Shown here: in pieces, positions 10,700 through 22,663 of the stretch
Layout: every line of letters begins with the position of its first letter
Numbering within the stretch: position 1 is the first letter of the stretch
Source of the DNA: Candidatus Omnitrophota bacterium
Lineage (GTDB): Bacteria; Omnitrophota; Gorgyraeia; Zapsychrales; JAHFFX01
Assembly (NCBI GenBank): GCA_023247725.1
Contig: JAHFFW010000007.1
Location: 12,243 to 76,242 of the forward strand
Direction: 5' to 3'
DNA length: 64,000 bases
Translations under genes and position numbers: made by a program
The notes under the pieces: model-generated
Told to the model about the DNA's origin: nothing
What the model saw: only the letters and a program-made list of their open reading frames with translations
The model's database searches: none

Positions 10700-12043
10700 C
10701 TATTTGAGCCATCCAACGATGGTTTGAAACAAGAGATAACCGTTCAGGATTACAATAACCCCGGTCGTGATCCAAGCCGTGATGGAAAGATAAAGGTGAT
10801 TAGTGAATTGACCCATTTTATTTTTTTCGCCCGTGAACCAAACGAGCGGGATAACCGCAAAACTCAATTGCAAAGAAAGAATAACCTGACTGAGGATCAG
10901 TAAATTGCCCACCCCTTTTTCGCCATATAATACCGCAACAATAACCGCCGGTACAATAGCAATTAATCGGGTGATGAGCCGGCGCATCCAGGGACGTAAG
11001 CGGATATTTAAAAAACCTTCCATGACAATCTGTCCAGCCAAAGTACCGGTGAGCGTCGAATTTTGTCCCGAGGCCAACAAGGCCAAGGCAAAAAGCGTGC
11101 TGGCTAATGGAACTCCCAGAACCGGAGAAAGCAATTGATAGGCGTCGTTAATATCCGTTACATTTTTGTAGGACGTGGAATGAAAGGCGGCTGCACTGAC
11201 AATGAGGATGGCCGCATTGATAAAAAACGCGCATAATAAAGCGGCCGTTGAATCGAGTGTAGCAAATTTGATCGCCATGGCCTTGCCTTCGTCATTACGT
11301 TCATAGGCCCGGGTTTGTACGATGCTCGAATGCAGATACAGATTGTGGGGCATAACGGTCGCCCCCAAGATTCCAATCGCAATGTAAAGCATATCCGGGT
11401 TAAGGACAATGACAGGCTTGGGAATCAAATTGCCGAAAATCGAAGAAACGGATGGATGGGAAATGATCAATTCGAAAGCAAAGCATCCGCCGATAATAAA
11501 AATCAAGGTGGCCACAATGCATTCCAAAATCCGAAAGCCTTTATTCTGCAATAAAAGGATGAGCAAGACATCGCACGCGGTCAAAACCACCCCCACCACC
11601 AAAGGAATACCCAACAGCAAATTGAGGGCAATGGCCGAACCAATGACTTCGGCCAGATCACAGGCGGCAATGGCAATTTCGCAAAGAAACCAAAGAAACA
11701 AACTCACCGGTCGAGAAAAATGATCCCGGCATGCCTGGGCCAGGTCTCGACCCGTCACAATTCCCAATTTCAGCGATAAATGCTGCAGCAAGATCGCCAT
11801 GAAATTGGATAAAAGAATGACGGAGAGTAGCGTGTAACCGAATTTTGCGCCTCCCGCCAAGTCCGTCGCCCAATTGCCGGGATCCATATAGCCCACGGCG
11901 ACCATAAGACCTGGCCCGGTAAAGGCGATGATTTTCCGCCAGACATTGGCATTCACCGGAATCCGGATCGTGGCATGCACTTCCGGCAAACTGGGTGTCG
12001 TGACTGGCCTTCTCCAGCCTGTTGTCGAAGATGGGTTATCCAT
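10700..12043 (-). CDS. mntH: Nramp-family Mn2+/Fe2+ transporter
   Basis: GYMDPGNW and MPHNLYLHS signature motifs; about 11 TM segments. Confidence 0.96.
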   Translation of the reverse strand: MDNPSSTTGWRRPVTTPSLPEVHATIRIPVNANVWRKIIAFTGPGLMVAVGYMDPGNWATDLAGGAKFGYTLLSVILLSNFMAILLQHLSLKLGIVTGRDLAQACRDHFSRPVSLFLWFLCEIAIAACDLAEVIGSAIALNLLLGIPLVVGVVLTACDVLLILLLQNKGFRILECIVATLIFIIGGCFAFELIISHPSVSSIFGNLIPKPVIVLNPDMLYIAIGILGATVMPHNLYLHSSIVQTRAYERNDEGKAMAIKFATLDSTAALLCAFFINAAILIVSAAAFHSTSYKNVTDINDAYQLLSPVLGVPLASTLFALALLASGQNSTLTGTLAGQIVMEGFLNIRLRPWMRRLITRLIAIVPAVIVAVLYGEKGVGNLLILSQVILSLQLSFAVIPLVWFTGEKNKMGQFTNHLYLSITAWITTGVIVILNGYLLFQTIVGWLK

Positions 12044-12062
12044 GGTCAATCCCTTCCCTCAC

Positions 12063-12515
12063 TTAGCGTCGGCAATGACGGCAAATTCCATAAAAATGCA
12101 TTTCATGACCAAGGATTTTAAATCCTTGCCTCTCCAGTAATGGACGATAGAGCCGATCTTCCTTCCGGTCGGGAAATTCGGTAAACCGATGGCAGCGGAT
12201 ACACTGGGCGTGATGATGGGGATCCTCATCGTAGATATGTTCATAATGATGGTGTTTATCGCCAAAGGCAGTCTCCCGGATGATTCCGGCCTCAAGAAGT
12301 TCTCGGAGGCTGCGATAGACCGTGGCGCGGGAAACCTTTTTGTGAATCCTCCTTAAGGATTTTACCAATTCCTCAGCGGTGAAGTGGCCGTGAAATCCAA
12401 TCACAGCTTCAAAGACAATCTGCCGGGCTTGACTAAGGCTTAACCCTAAGTCTTGCAGATGCCCTTCCAGTTTTAAACGCTCTCTAAAAATGATGGGTGA
12501 CCGGATCTTGACCAT
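12063..12515 (-). CDS. Fur-family metalloregulator (Fur/Mur/Zur type)
   Basis: HFTAEEL, VSRATVYRSL, HHHAQCIRC and C-terminal GICRHC; start moved to ATG 12515. Confidence 0.9.
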   Translation of the reverse strand: MVKIRSPIIFRERLKLEGHLQDLGLSLSQARQIVFEAVIGFHGHFTAEELVKSLRRIHKKVSRATVYRSLRELLEAGIIRETAFGDKHHHYEHIYDEDPHHHAQCIRCHRFTEFPDRKEDRLYRPLLERQGFKILGHEMHFYGICRHCRR

Positions 12516-12551
12516 GATGAGACAGTGTATCATCCAATGGCTCAGAGTCAA
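12516..12551 (-). promoter_or_regulatory. Promoter plus Fur-box-like 9-1-9 operator immediately upstream of the Fur-family gene
   Basis: TTGACT-N16-TACACT (TGn-extended -10); GATGAGACA-G-TGTATCATC at 12516-12534 with one mismatch, overlapping the -10. Confidence 0.6.
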
Positions 12552-12580
12552 ACATCTTTGTTCAAATTATAGAGGAGAAT

Positions 12581-13129
12581 TTAACGCCACTTGATGGAAC
12601 AGCCCATGGAAGGTTTTTGCTCGCGGCGAATGGGCTTATTCGCTGCCAAATTATTCACGGCTTCTTTGAGTTCTTCGCGCGTCACTTGGGATTCATCCTG
12701 CCAATTGTCATCCACGCGGCCGTGATAAATCAGTTCTTGCTGGGCATTAAACAGGTAGATATCCGGTGTGCATTGGGCCCGGAACGAATCGGCGACCTTT
12801 TGAGTCTCATCGACGAGATAAGGAAAATCAATCTCCAATTCCTTAATCTTGTCGATCATCTTAGCCGGTGCGTCGTCCGGATAATCTGGATGGATGTTGG
12901 GATTGATGGCAACCGTGTTAATTCCGGCGGATTTGGCAGAGCGGGCGATTCGAATGAGACGCGGCCAAACGGCAATGGCATAGGGACAATGATTGCAAGT
13001 AAAAAAAACGAGGAGCCCTCGCTTACCAAAGAGACCATCACTTTTATAGTTTTTCCCCATCGGATCTTTTAACTCAAAAGCAGGCATCTTTGAACCTAAT
13101 GGAACAATGACGGATTCCAATAAGGCCAT
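12581..13129 (-). CDS. Thioredoxin-family / AhpC-TSA-like redoxin
   Basis: [21 protein letters not shown] and C-terminal GCSIKW. Confidence 0.92.
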   Translation of the reverse strand: MALLESVIVPLGSKMPAFELKDPMGKNYKSDGLFGKRGLLVFFTCNHCPYAIAVWPRLIRIARSAKSAGINTVAINPNIHPDYPDDAPAKMIDKIKELEIDFPYLVDETQKVADSFRAQCTPDIYLFNAQQELIYHGRVDDNWQDESQVTREELKEAVNNLAANKPIRREQKPSMGCSIKWR

Positions 13130-13176
13130 GGTTCACTCTCCTTCTTTTCCTTCGGCGATTCCCACCTTTTCCCCCG

Positions 13177-13219
13177 CTTCGTAAGTGGGCACCTCGTAGG
13201 TGGGCACTTCGTAGGTGGG
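13177..13219 (-). repeat. Three tandem copies of a 15-bp unit (CCCACYTACGARGTG on the minus strand)
   Basis: cttcgtaagtgggca-cctcgtaggtgggca-cttcgtaggtggg; same unit as 63027-63100 in the opposite orientation. Confidence 0.9.
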
Positions 13220-13248
13220 TTGGGTTTACTTACTGAATTCCGGCGATT

Positions 13249-13276
13249 ATTATAGGCTCCGCCTCGGACCTGTCAA
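13249..13276 (-). promoter_or_regulatory. Consensus sigma70 promoter for the redoxin gene
   Basis: TTGACA-N16-TATAAT on the minus strand. Confidence 0.7.
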
Positions 13277-13314
13277 GTCTGAGCCAAGACCCTCTTGGGG
13301 TGAGGAAAATTTCT

Positions 13315-13343
13315 TTGCATCGATTATGGAAACTTCTTATAAT
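13315..13343 (+). promoter_or_regulatory. Sigma70 promoter for the MBL-fold hydrolase
   Basis: TTGCAT-N17-TATAAT, then AAGGAG RBS before ATG 13366. Confidence 0.65.
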
Positions 13344-13365
13344 GAAGGCAACTAAAGGAGTGACA

Positions 13366-14019
13366 ATGATTTCTAAAAAGGTGATTTTAAAACAATACGA
13401 ATTAGGGCCCTTACAGAATTTTCTTTATTTTTTGGGTGATCCCGCCACCAAGGAAATCGCGGTTATTGATCCCGCCTGGAATGTGGACTTCCTTATTAGG
13501 GAAGCGAAAAAATATGGATTCACCATCTCGAGTGTTTTTCTGACCCACGGCCATCCGGATCACGTCAATGGCCTCGATGCGTTGTTAGCGAAATGCGATG
13601 TCCCTGCCTACATCTGTTCGCAGGAAGCGGACTTTTATAAGCCGCGCCATAAAAATCTTAAAAAAATAAAACCAAACGAATCTCTTCAAATAGGCCAATT
13701 AAGTATTAAAACAATCCATACGCCAGGCCATTCTCCCGGTTGCCAATGCTTTTTGGTCGAGAACATCCTCATTTGTGGTGACACCCTGTTCATCGACGGG
13801 TGCGGCCGCTGCGACCTTCCCGGAAGCGATCCAAACCAGATGTATGATTCCCTTTATAAAAAACTCATGCCCCTGCCTGATTCCTTGATTGTCTTCTCCG
13901 GACATAATTATGGAGCAAGCGAATGCGATACCCTGGGCAATCAAAAACGTACCAATCCCTACCTGCAGGCCTCCAGCCAGGAAGATTTCCTCGTCACCCG
14001 CATGGGAATTTTTCGTTGA
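13366..14019 (+). CDS. MBL-fold metallo-hydrolase (glyoxalase II-like)
   Basis: THGHPDH, HTPGHS, GDTLF..GCGR and SGHNY motifs. Confidence 0.92.
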   Translation: MISKKVILKQYELGPLQNFLYFLGDPATKEIAVIDPAWNVDFLIREAKKYGFTISSVFLTHGHPDHVNGLDALLAKCDVPAYICSQEADFYKPRHKNLKKIKPNESLQIGQLSIKTIHTPGHSPGCQCFLVENILICGDTLFIDGCGRCDLPGSDPNQMYDSLYKKLMPLPDSLIVFSGHNYGASECDTLGNQKRTNPYLQASSQEDFLVTRMGIFR

Positions 14020-14024
14020 TCGAT

Positions 14025-14906
14025 TTAACCTTTGGCATCGTCTTTGTTGAACCCGCCAAAAAGAAACTTTCTAACGACGGCGCTATATAAGCCAAAGGGA
14101 AGGATTCTCCGTAAAGTGTAAAGGAATCGGCCTTCAAAATCGGGGATATTACGAAATGGCATTCTGGGGTTTCTTACAATTTTTTCGATCGGTGCGGCGA
14201 CCATCTCGGGATCTTTGTTGCAGTTCTCAACGTAGGCCATCATTTTATGGCGTAAAAATTGTGACCAGGCAAAGTACGGACTCAACGGGTTGTCAAAATT
14301 TTCCGCGTATCGGGCATTTTCATGAAAAATTTTGGTACGAAAAGTCCCGGGTTCAACCAGATGAACCCGGATGCCAAACAACTGCAATTCATAAAAAAGG
14401 CTTTCCGTAAAAGCCTCCAGCGCCCATTTGCTCGAGCTGTAGGCCCCGAAACAGGGATTTGCTTGAAATCCCGACACGCTCGAAATATTGATGATCGTCC
14501 CCTGCCGTCGGGCCCGCATGGAGGGAATCACTTCGCGCAGACAATTGAGGACTCCAAAAAAATTCACCTCGAATTGCTGACGGATGTCTCGATCCGTCAG
14601 ATCCTCAAAAAATCCTCCGACGCCAAAACCAGCATTATTGATTAACACCTCAATCTTCCCTTGGTCTTTGAGAATTTTTTCAACCGCCTTGCGAATGGAG
14701 GTTTTATCCGTCACATCTAAAGCCATCACCTGGATCTGGCCGCCCTTTTTTCTGACGGCTTCCTGCAGCGCGACCTGCTTATCCGGATTACGCATGGTGG
14801 CATAAACGATGTGTCCGCGGCTGGCTAAACGCGCCGCACTCAACAGACCAAAACCGCTGGATGTTCCAGTAATCAAAACAATTTTGGGATCGACTGTCGG
14901 GTTCAT
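14025..14906 (-). CDS. Short-chain dehydrogenase/reductase
   Basis: TGTSSGFG, NNAG and YSSSK (YxxxK). Confidence 0.93.
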   Translation of the reverse strand: MNPTVDPKIVLITGTSSGFGLLSAARLASRGHIVYATMRNPDKQVALQEAVRKKGGQIQVMALDVTDKTSIRKAVEKILKDQGKIEVLINNAGFGVGGFFEDLTDRDIRQQFEVNFFGVLNCLREVIPSMRARRQGTIINISSVSGFQANPCFGAYSSSKWALEAFTESLFYELQLFGIRVHLVEPGTFRTKIFHENARYAENFDNPLSPYFAWSQFLRHKMMAYVENCNKDPEMVAAPIEKIVRNPRMPFRNIPDFEGRFLYTLRRILPFGLYSAVVRKFLFGGFNKDDAKG

Positions 14907-14948
14907 CGTGGAGTCGGACAAGAAAAAATTTGGGAAAGGAGAATGGTT

Positions 14949-16016
14949 TTAACCGCGAACGGCCTTTTGCAGCAGTAAACTATCGGTGAGACAGATGGCG
15001 ATCATGGCTTCGACGACCGGAACCGCTCGAGGGCAAATGCATGGGTCATGCCTTCCCTTCACCTGGACCTGAACGGGCTGCTGGTTTTTGTCGAGGGTAT
15101 TTTGTAGTTGGGAAATTGAGGAGGCGGGTTTGATGGCGACGCGAATAACAATATCTTCACCGGTTGAAATCCCACCCAGGATGCCACCGCAATGATTGGT
15201 TCGAGTGCGAATGTTTCCGTCTTTCATATAGAACACATCGTTAGCTTCACTGCCGCGCATTTTTGTAATTTCAAAACCAGAACCGATTTCAATCCCTTTA
15301 ACGGTCCCGATGGACATAAGACCATAAGCGAGCTTGGCCGATAACTTATCGTAGATGGGATCACCGAGTCCGGCCGGACAGCCTTTGGCCACCGCTTCAA
15401 TGATACCTCCGACGGAATCTCCGGCTTTACGGGCTGCCTCGATGCATTCAATCATTTCCTTGGCCTTTTCCAAATCCGGAGCCCTAACGGGATTTTTTTC
15501 AATGGCGGATAAATCGATCTTCTGAGCACAAATGCCGTTGACTGCCAAAGTGTATGCCCTCACCGTGGTTCCTTGCTGCCCGATGATTTTCTTGGCAATG
15601 GCGCCGGCGGCAACCCGGCACGCGGTTTCCCGGCCGGAGGCCCGCCCCCCGCCCTGATAATCGCGAATTCCATATTTCGCAAAATACGGATAATCGGCAT
15701 GCCCGGGGCGAAAGACCTCTTTGATATTGGAATAATCTTTGCTCCGTTGATCTTCATTGCGAATAAGAATCGCGACGGGCGAACCGGTGGTTTTGCCTTC
15801 GAAGATTCCAGAAAGGATTTCAGCTGTATCAGATTCTTGTCGCTGGGTCGTAATGGAACTTTGGCCTGGCCGGCGCCGATCGAGATCAGCTTGAATGTCG
15901 TCGGCACTAATGGCCACCCCGGGGGGAACTCCATCGATAACCACACCGATGGCCGGGCCGTGGCTTTCGCCAAAGGTCGTGATTCGAAAAATTTCTCCGA
16001 AGGAATTACTGGCCAT
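14949..16016 (-). CDS. aroC: Chorismate synthase
   Basis: TFGESHG, RPGHAD, GGGRASGRET and GRHDPC. Confidence 0.98.
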   Translation of the reverse strand: MASNSFGEIFRITTFGESHGPAIGVVIDGVPPGVAISADDIQADLDRRRPGQSSITTQRQESDTAEILSGIFEGKTTGSPVAILIRNEDQRSKDYSNIKEVFRPGHADYPYFAKYGIRDYQGGGRASGRETACRVAAGAIAKKIIGQQGTTVRAYTLAVNGICAQKIDLSAIEKNPVRAPDLEKAKEMIECIEAARKAGDSVGGIIEAVAKGCPAGLGDPIYDKLSAKLAYGLMSIGTVKGIEIGSGFEITKMRGSEANDVFYMKDGNIRTRTNHCGGILGGISTGEDIVIRVAIKPASSISQLQNTLDKNQQPVQVQVKGRHDPCICPRAVPVVEAMIAICLTDSLLLQKAVRG

Positions 16017-16053
16017 AATCTCGTCTTACGTTCCTCGTCCTACGTTTATAAAA

Positions 16054-17751
16054 TTACAAGTCTGTGACCGCCCCCTGAGACGCGGAACTTACGGACCTCA
16101 TATATTTACTGAGCACCCCGCGCGCATAACGCGGTCGGGGCTGTTTCCATTGCTTTAAGCGCTTGTTGATTTCCGCATGAGAAAGATTCAAGTTGATCTC
16201 TCTTTTTTTAGTATCGATTGTGATCGAATCCCCATTTTTGATGATGGCAATCGGCCCACCGACATAGGCCTCGGGAGTGATATGTCCGACGACAAATCCA
16301 TGGCTTCCACCAGAGAAACGCCCATCGGTAATCAAGGCCACGCTCTTTCCCAAACCTTTCCCCATGACCGCGGAGGTCGGGGCCAGCATCTCGCGCATGC
16401 CGGGTCCGCCTTTGGGTCCTTCATAGCGGATCACAATCACATCGCCTTTTTTGATTGTCCCGTCCAAAATCTTCGTTAACGCGGTTTCTTCCGATTCAAA
16501 AACCCGAACGATTCCGGTGAATTGCTCACCTTCCTTGCCCGTGATCTTGGCGACTGCCCCGGTAGGAGCCAGATTTCCGTAGAGAATAATCAAATGACTA
16601 TCTTTTTTGATCGGATCAGCAAACGGACGCACGATTTTTTGTTCTGACGGATACGACGCAACCTTCTGCAAGTTTTCTTTGAGTGTTTTTCCGGTCACGG
16701 TCAAACAACCGCCGTGCAATAAATTTTTATCCAAAAGCATTTTCATCAAAGGCAAGGTTCCGCCGATTGCCACAAGCTCGGCCATCATAAAGCGCCCGCT
16801 TGGTTTGAGGTCAGCCAAAACCGGAACCCTTTTTCCAATGCGGCTAAAATCATCGATCGTCAATTTCACTCCGGCCGCATGGGCCATGGCCAAAAGATGC
16901 AACACCGCGTTGGTTGAACCGCCGAGCGCGATGACCAGCGTAATCGCATTTTCAAAGGCTTCCTTCGTCATGATATCCCGAGGCCGGATTCCCAATTTGA
17001 TCAGATTCAACACCGCCTTGCCCGCCTCAAGGCAATCTTGATTTTTTTCCGCCGACACCGCCGCCTGAGCCGAGCTATTGGGAAGACTCATCCCGAGGGC
17101 CTCAATGGCGCAGGCCATGGTGTTCGCCGTATACATCCCTCCGCACGATCCCGGGCCTGGGATTGAGCAGGATTCAATCTCTCTCAGTTCCTGGTCATTG
17201 ATTTTACGATTGGCATGGGCGCCGACCGCTTCAAAAACGGAAACGATATCGACCTTTTTATCTCTGTAACAGCCCGGAAGGATCGTTCCTCCGTAGACAA
17301 AAACCGCCGGCCGATTTAACCGCGCCATCGCGATCAGGCAACCCGGCATATTTTTGTCACAACCTCCGATGGCCACCAACCCATCAAAACCCTCGCAGCC
17401 CATCACCGTTTCCACACTATCGGCAATGACCTCGCGCGAAACCAGCGAATATTTCATACCCTCGGTGCCCATGGAAATTCCGTCGGAAACGGTGATCGTT
17501 CCAAAGATCACTGCCTTTCCTCCGTTCTCATCAACGCCTTGAGCGGCCTTTTGCGCTAGACGGTCGATGTGCATGTTGCAAGGAGTCAACATGCTCCAGG
17601 TTGAAGCAATCCCAATTTGAGATTTTTTAAAATCGTCATCCTTAAATCCCACTGCGCGCAGCATGGCCCTGGACGGGGCGCGTTCGTGGCCGTCGATCAC
17701 GAGGCTCGAATGTTGACGTTCTAATGTTTTGGGAGGAATTTTTTTGCTCAT
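16054..17751 (-). CDS. ilvD: Dihydroxy-acid dehydratase
   Basis: [30 protein letters not shown] and TDGRFSG. Confidence 0.98.
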   Translation of the reverse strand: MSKKIPPKTLERQHSSLVIDGHERAPSRAMLRAVGFKDDDFKKSQIGIASTWSMLTPCNMHIDRLAQKAAQGVDENGGKAVIFGTITVSDGISMGTEGMKYSLVSREVIADSVETVMGCEGFDGLVAIGGCDKNMPGCLIAMARLNRPAVFVYGGTILPGCYRDKKVDIVSVFEAVGAHANRKINDQELREIESCSIPGPGSCGGMYTANTMACAIEALGMSLPNSSAQAAVSAEKNQDCLEAGKAVLNLIKLGIRPRDIMTKEAFENAITLVIALGGSTNAVLHLLAMAHAAGVKLTIDDFSRIGKRVPVLADLKPSGRFMMAELVAIGGTLPLMKMLLDKNLLHGGCLTVTGKTLKENLQKVASYPSEQKIVRPFADPIKKDSHLIILYGNLAPTGAVAKITGKEGEQFTGIVRVFESEETALTKILDGTIKKGDVIVIRYEGPKGGPGMREMLAPTSAVMGKGLGKSVALITDGRFSGGSHGFVVGHITPEAYVGGPIAIIKNGDSITIDTKKREINLNLSHAEINKRLKQWKQPRPRYARGVLSKYMRSVSSASQGAVTDL

Positions 17752-18362
17752 CAGGCGAGCCAGGGTTTATTTCTCTTCAGATCCTGTTCGTAGGTGGAAA
17801 TCTTTTTATCAAACTGCATGGTCCACCCGATTTGGTCCAATCCCTTCAAAAGGCAATCCTTCGAAAACGGGTGTATGGAAAATGAATACTGTTGACCGGC
17901 CGCGATTAAAGTCTGACCAGACAAATCCGCCGTAAAATGGATTCCGGGTTGATGGCTAACTAATTGAAAAAGCTCGTCTACTTCCGACGATTTTAAAGTG
18001 ATGAGAAGAATCCCGTTTTTTACGCAATTATTCGCGAAGATGTCCGCAAAGCTCGGAGCAATGATTACTTTAAATCCATAATCGGCCAACGCCCAGGGCG
18101 CATGTTCGCGGCTGGAGCCGCAGCCAAAATTGTCTCTCGTCAAAAGAATCGAGGCTCGACGGAAAACCGGTTGATTCAGAATAAAGTCAGGATTTTCTTT
18201 CGTGCCTTCATAATCCAAATACCGCCACTCATGGAACAGATGAACCCCGAATCCAGTTCGTTCAATCTTTCTTAAAAATTGTTTTGGAATAATCGCATCG
18301 GTATCGATGTTGGCCCGGTCAAGCGGAGCCGCAAGACCAGTATGGGTTTTGAAAGGTTCCAT
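17751..18362 (-). CDS. leuD: 3-isopropylmalate dehydratase small subunit
   Basis: [13 protein letters not shown] and [11 protein letters not shown]; TGATG coupling to ilvD. Confidence 0.97.
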   Translation of the reverse strand: MEPFKTHTGLAAPLDRANIDTDAIIPKQFLRKIERTGFGVHLFHEWRYLDYEGTKENPDFILNQPVFRRASILLTRDNFGCGSSREHAPWALADYGFKVIIAPSFADIFANNCVKNGILLITLKSSEVDELFQLVSHQPGIHFTADLSGQTLIAAGQQYSFSIHPFSKDCLLKGLDQIGWTMQFDKKISTYEQDLKRNKPWLA

Positions 18363-18437
18363 GGTTTGTCTTTCAATAGAAACTTGCGAAATGGTGTAAG
18401 GCATCTTTGGGATTGATGAGAAAGGGGTTCGCTTTAA

Positions 18438-19844
18438 TCAATTCTTTAAAAATTTTCGCACATCGGTGATTTTGCCTTCAATGGCGGCGGCGACCGCCAT
18501 CTGCGGACTCATCAGATGGGTTCTTCCGCCCGGACCCTGACGGCCTTCGAAATTGCGGTTACTCGTCGAGGCGCACCGCTCGCCTTTTTTGAGCTGATCA
18601 TCGTTCATGCCTAAGCACATGGAGCATCCGGCATAACGCCATTCGAATCCGGCATCAACAAAAATTTTGTCGAGCCCCTCTCTCATGGCCTGTTCACGAA
18701 CCCGGCCAGATCCGGGAACAACGATGGCGTTAACCTGGGGATGAACTTTCCTGCCTTTGACTAAAAGGGCAGCGGCGCGCAGATCTTCAATCCTCGCGTT
18801 GGTGCAAGATCCGATAAAAACCTTGTCAATGGCAATCGCGGTCATGGGAGTCTTCGGTTGCAGATCCATATAGGCTAAGGCATTTCTCGCCGCGGTGCGC
18901 TCCACGGGATTGGCGAATTCCTCTGGATCCGGAATCTGACCAGAAACAGACGTCACTTGACCGGGACTTGTTCCCCAGGTCACCATGGGTTCAATATCCT
19001 CGGCTTTGATCTCAATTGCCTTATCAAATCGTGCGCCGGGATCGCTCGCGAGTGTCCGCCAATAATGAACAGCTTGGTCCCACTCTTTACCTTTCGGAGA
19101 AAAATCCCTTCCCTTTAAATAACGGAACGTGGTTTCATCGGGAGCGACCATCCCAGCGCGAGCCCCGGCCTCGATCGTCATATTGCAGATGGTCATGCGG
19201 CCTTCCATACTTAAGCTGCGAATGGCTCCCCCTCCATATTCAATGACATAACCAGTGGCTCCGGCGGTACCGATCCTACCGATGATATAAAGGATAATGT
19301 CCTTAGCCGTCACACCAAAACCCAATTGGCCCTCCACCTTGATCAACATGGATTTGGCTTTTTGTTGCTGAAGGGTTTGGGTGGCCAGGACATGTTCGAC
19401 TTCCGATGTGCCGATTCCAAAAGCCAAGGCCCCAAAGGCCCCATGCGTCGAGGTATGGGAATCGCCGCAGACAATGACCATCCCGGGTTGAGTGATTCCC
19501 AATTCCGGTCCGATGACATGCACGATGCCCTGATCATGGTGCTGGAAGTCATAAAGGGTAATGCCGAATTCCTTGCAGTTGTTGGCCAAGGTTTCCATTT
19601 GTAATCTTGAGGTCGGTTCGGTTTTGGAGAAATCCTTCGTTCGCGTGGAGACATTATGATCCATAGTGGCAAAGGTTTTCTTTGGATTCCTTACCGTCCT
19701 TCGAGAAACACGCAACCCCGCGAATGCCTGCGGCGAGGTCACCTCATGAACCAAATGCCGGTCAACATAAATCAGCGACGTGGCATCCGGTTGGCTAAGG
19801 ACCAAATGGTCTTCCCAGATTTTTTCGTATAAGGCTTTACCCAT
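18438..19844 (-). CDS. leuC: 3-isopropylmalate dehydratase large subunit
   Basis: [35 protein letters not shown] and [12 protein letters not shown]. Confidence 0.98.
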   Translation of the reverse strand: MGKALYEKIWEDHLVLSQPDATSLIYVDRHLVHEVTSPQAFAGLRVSRRTVRNPKKTFATMDHNVSTRTKDFSKTEPTSRLQMETLANNCKEFGITLYDFQHHDQGIVHVIGPELGITQPGMVIVCGDSHTSTHGAFGALAFGIGTSEVEHVLATQTLQQQKAKSMLIKVEGQLGFGVTAKDIILYIIGRIGTAGATGYVIEYGGGAIRSLSMEGRMTICNMTIEAGARAGMVAPDETTFRYLKGRDFSPKGKEWDQAVHYWRTLASDPGARFDKAIEIKAEDIEPMVTWGTSPGQVTSVSGQIPDPEEFANPVERTAARNALAYMDLQPKTPMTAIAIDKVFIGSCTNARIEDLRAAALLVKGRKVHPQVNAIVVPGSGRVREQAMREGLDKIFVDAGFEWRYAGCSMCLGMNDDQLKKGERCASTSNRNFEGRQGPGGRTHLMSPQMAVAAAIEGKITDVRKFLKN

Positions 19845-19951
19845 CGACACTCTCAAAATGAAGTGGCCTACAATTTTCCGGCGGGTTTCGACAGAATGCC
19901 AGCGATTGTAGCGAAAATGGCGGGGGATGTCAATTGTTGTGTGAAACTCGT

Positions 19952-22663
19952 TTAGATCTTTTGGGCCAGCTTGCGTAAAACTGTGGGCAGGATCCCGCCG
20001 TTTCGGTAATAGACGATATCCACGGGTGTGTCAAGACGGGCAATAGCGAAAATTTCCTTACGATGACCTTCAGAAGATGTCGCAACAACTTTTATTTGCG
20101 CACGCGGTTTAATGGAGTCATTCAGACTCAACAGATCAAACGTTTCGGTTCCTTTAAGGCCCAGGGTTTGGGCATTTTCACCAGGACGATAAATCAAGGG
20201 AAGGACACCCATCCCCACAAGATTGCTGCGATGGATGCGTTCATAACTTTCTGCCAAGACAAATTTTACTCCCAAGAGCGCTGTCCCTTTCGCAGCCCAG
20301 TCGCGGCTTGAACCCGTTCCATATTCCTTGCCCGCCAGAACCAGCAACGGCGTTTGATCTTTTTTATAACGGATCGCGGCATCATAAATGCTCATGAGTT
20401 CATTGGTCGGAAAATAATTGGTCCAGGAACCCTCTTTGCCCGGCGCCAGAAGATTGCGTAAACGAATATTGGCGAATGTGCCCCTCGTCATCACCCGATC
20501 ATTACCTCGACGGGAACCGTAACTGTTAAATTCAATGGGTGTGACGCCGAGTTCCTGGAGATATTGTCCTGCCGGGCTTTGGGCCTGGATATCTCCAGCC
20601 GGAGAAATATGATCGGTGGTAATGGAGTCCCCCACCATCACCAAAACTCTGGCCCCCCGAATTTCATTTAAGGGATTGACCTGCAAAGAAAAATTTTCAA
20701 AAAAGGGCGGCTCCTGGATGTAGGTGCTTTCCTTTTTCCATTCGTAAAGATCCGACTCGCTGCTCCTGATCCGGTTCCAGTTCTCATTTCCTTTTAAAAC
20801 ATCCTGATAACTCTCCCGAAAATGCCGGGCCGTGACAAAACGTGCCACGAGGTCATTGACCTCCTTTTGAGGGGGCCAAATGTCTTTGAGATAGACATCC
20901 TTTCCCTGTGAATCTTTTCCTAAAGGCTCCTTCGTCAAATCAATATCCACCGTCCCGGCAAGCGCGTAAGCCACGACTAAAGGCGGACTCGCTAAATAAT
21001 TGGCTCGCGTTAAAGGATTAATCCTCCCCTCGAAGTTGCGGTTCCCGCTAAGCACACTGGCAACGACGAGATTCGCCCTCTCCACGGCCTCGGCGACTTT
21101 CGTCGGCAAAGGCCCGCTATTTCCGATACAGGTCGTGCACCCATAACCCACCAAATGAAAACCCAATTGTTCCAAATAAGGCATGAGTCCTGCTGCTTTT
21201 AAATATTCATCGACGACTTTCGAACCGGGCGCGAGGCTGGTTTTGACATAATGTTTCACCTGCAGTCCCTTTTCGACGGCCCGTTTGGCTAATAGTCCGG
21301 CTCCCATGAGGACAGAAGGGTTCGAAGTATTCGTACAACTGGTGATGGCAGCGATGACCACGGAACCGTGGGCTAATCGTTCCATTATCCCGTTAGAAAG
21401 ATTCGCCACCTGATTTAATGCGGTCTTATCTAAACCAAACCCGCGTTCCGCGACAGGCGTTTGTAAGGTTTTTTCAAAGTTTTGTTTCATGTCGCTTAAA
21501 GGGACGCGGTCCTGGGGTCGTTTTGGGCCGGCTAAGCAGGAAACCACCGTCGATAAATCGAGACTTAGAACATCAGTGTATTGAGGATCATTCTTTCCTG
21601 GGACATAGAACAGGTCCTGCTCTTTCATATAATGCTCAACGAGTTCGACTTCCTCTTTGCTACGACCGGTCAACTGCAAATAACGCAGCGTTTCCTGGTC
21701 AACCGGGAAAAATCCAATCGTGGCGCCATATTCCGGGGCCATGTTGGAAATCGTTGCACGGTCGGGAAGACTGAGCCTCGAAACTCCTGGACCAAAGAAC
21801 TCCACAAATTTATCCACAACGCCTTTTTTGCGCAGCATTTGAGTGACGGTCAAAACGAGATCCGTCGCGGTCACCCCTTCTGACAATTGACCATTTAATT
21901 GAAAACCGATCACCTCCGGCATGAGCATGTAAATGGGCTCACCGAGCATGACCGCCTCAGCCTCAATCCCTCCGACACCCCACCCGACAATTCCCAGGCC
22001 ATTGATCATGGTCGTGTGGCTGTCGGTTCCGACGAGGCTATCAGGATAAACGACCGTTTCCTGGCCAGACTTCGTCTGTAAAACCCCCTTGGCCAGATAT
22101 TCAAGATTCACTTGATGGACAATGCCGGTTGCCGGTGGCACGACTCGAAAGTTGGCCAGGGCATGCTGGCCCCATTTGAGAAATTCGTATCGCTCAATGT
22201 TGCGTTCGAATTCTTTGGCCACATTGATTCTAAAGGCATCGGACGAACCAAAGGCGTCGACTTGGACAGAATGATCGATGACCAAATCGCACTGAACGAG
22301 CGGATTGATCCGACGGATGTCCCCACCCAGCCTTTTCATGGCTGAACGCATGGCCGCCAGATCAACGACGCAAGGAACGCCGGTAAAATCCTGCAAGATC
22401 ACCCGGCCTGGCTTAAAAGCAATTTCACTAGGATTAGAATTTTGGGCCGTCCATCCGGCCAGCTTACGGATGTCTTCCTGAGTCACTTGAAAATTGTCGT
22501 AATTTCGCAGGGCGCTTTCCAAAAGCACCTTTATGGAAAAGGGAAGATTGGGATTAACCGCAATGCCAATCGCATTCAAATCCCGGAGGCAGTAGTAGGA
22601 ATACTGCTGGGTGGGCAATTTGAGAAGTTTTTTCGTTCCCTGAGTCGAAAAAGTTGGGCTCAT
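19952..22663 (-). CDS. acnA: Aconitate hydratase A
   Basis: [36 protein letters not shown] and [10 protein letters not shown]; start moved to ATG 22663 (AGGAG RBS). Confidence 0.98.
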   Translation of the reverse strand: MSPTFSTQGTKKLLKLPTQQYSYYCLRDLNAIGIAVNPNLPFSIKVLLESALRNYDNFQVTQEDIRKLAGWTAQNSNPSEIAFKPGRVILQDFTGVPCVVDLAAMRSAMKRLGGDIRRINPLVQCDLVIDHSVQVDAFGSSDAFRINVAKEFERNIERYEFLKWGQHALANFRVVPPATGIVHQVNLEYLAKGVLQTKSGQETVVYPDSLVGTDSHTTMINGLGIVGWGVGGIEAEAVMLGEPIYMLMPEVIGFQLNGQLSEGVTATDLVLTVTQMLRKKGVVDKFVEFFGPGVSRLSLPDRATISNMAPEYGATIGFFPVDQETLRYLQLTGRSKEEVELVEHYMKEQDLFYVPGKNDPQYTDVLSLDLSTVVSCLAGPKRPQDRVPLSDMKQNFEKTLQTPVAERGFGLDKTALNQVANLSNGIMERLAHGSVVIAAITSCTNTSNPSVLMGAGLLAKRAVEKGLQVKHYVKTSLAPGSKVVDEYLKAAGLMPYLEQLGFHLVGYGCTTCIGNSGPLPTKVAEAVERANLVVASVLSGNRNFEGRINPLTRANYLASPPLVVAYALAGTVDIDLTKEPLGKDSQGKDVYLKDIWPPQKEVNDLVARFVTARHFRESYQDVLKGNENWNRIRSSESDLYEWKKESTYIQEPPFFENFSLQVNPLNEIRGARVLVMVGDSITTDHISPAGDIQAQSPAGQYLQELGVTPIEFNSYGSRRGNDRVMTRGTFANIRLRNLLAPGKEGSWTNYFPTNELMSIYDAAIRYKKDQTPLLVLAGKEYGTGSSRDWAAKGTALLGVKFVLAESYERIHRSNLVGMGVLPLIYRPGENAQTLGLKGTETFDLLSLNDSIKPRAQIKVVATSSEGHRKEIFAIARLDTPVDIVYYRNGGILPTVLRKLAQKI

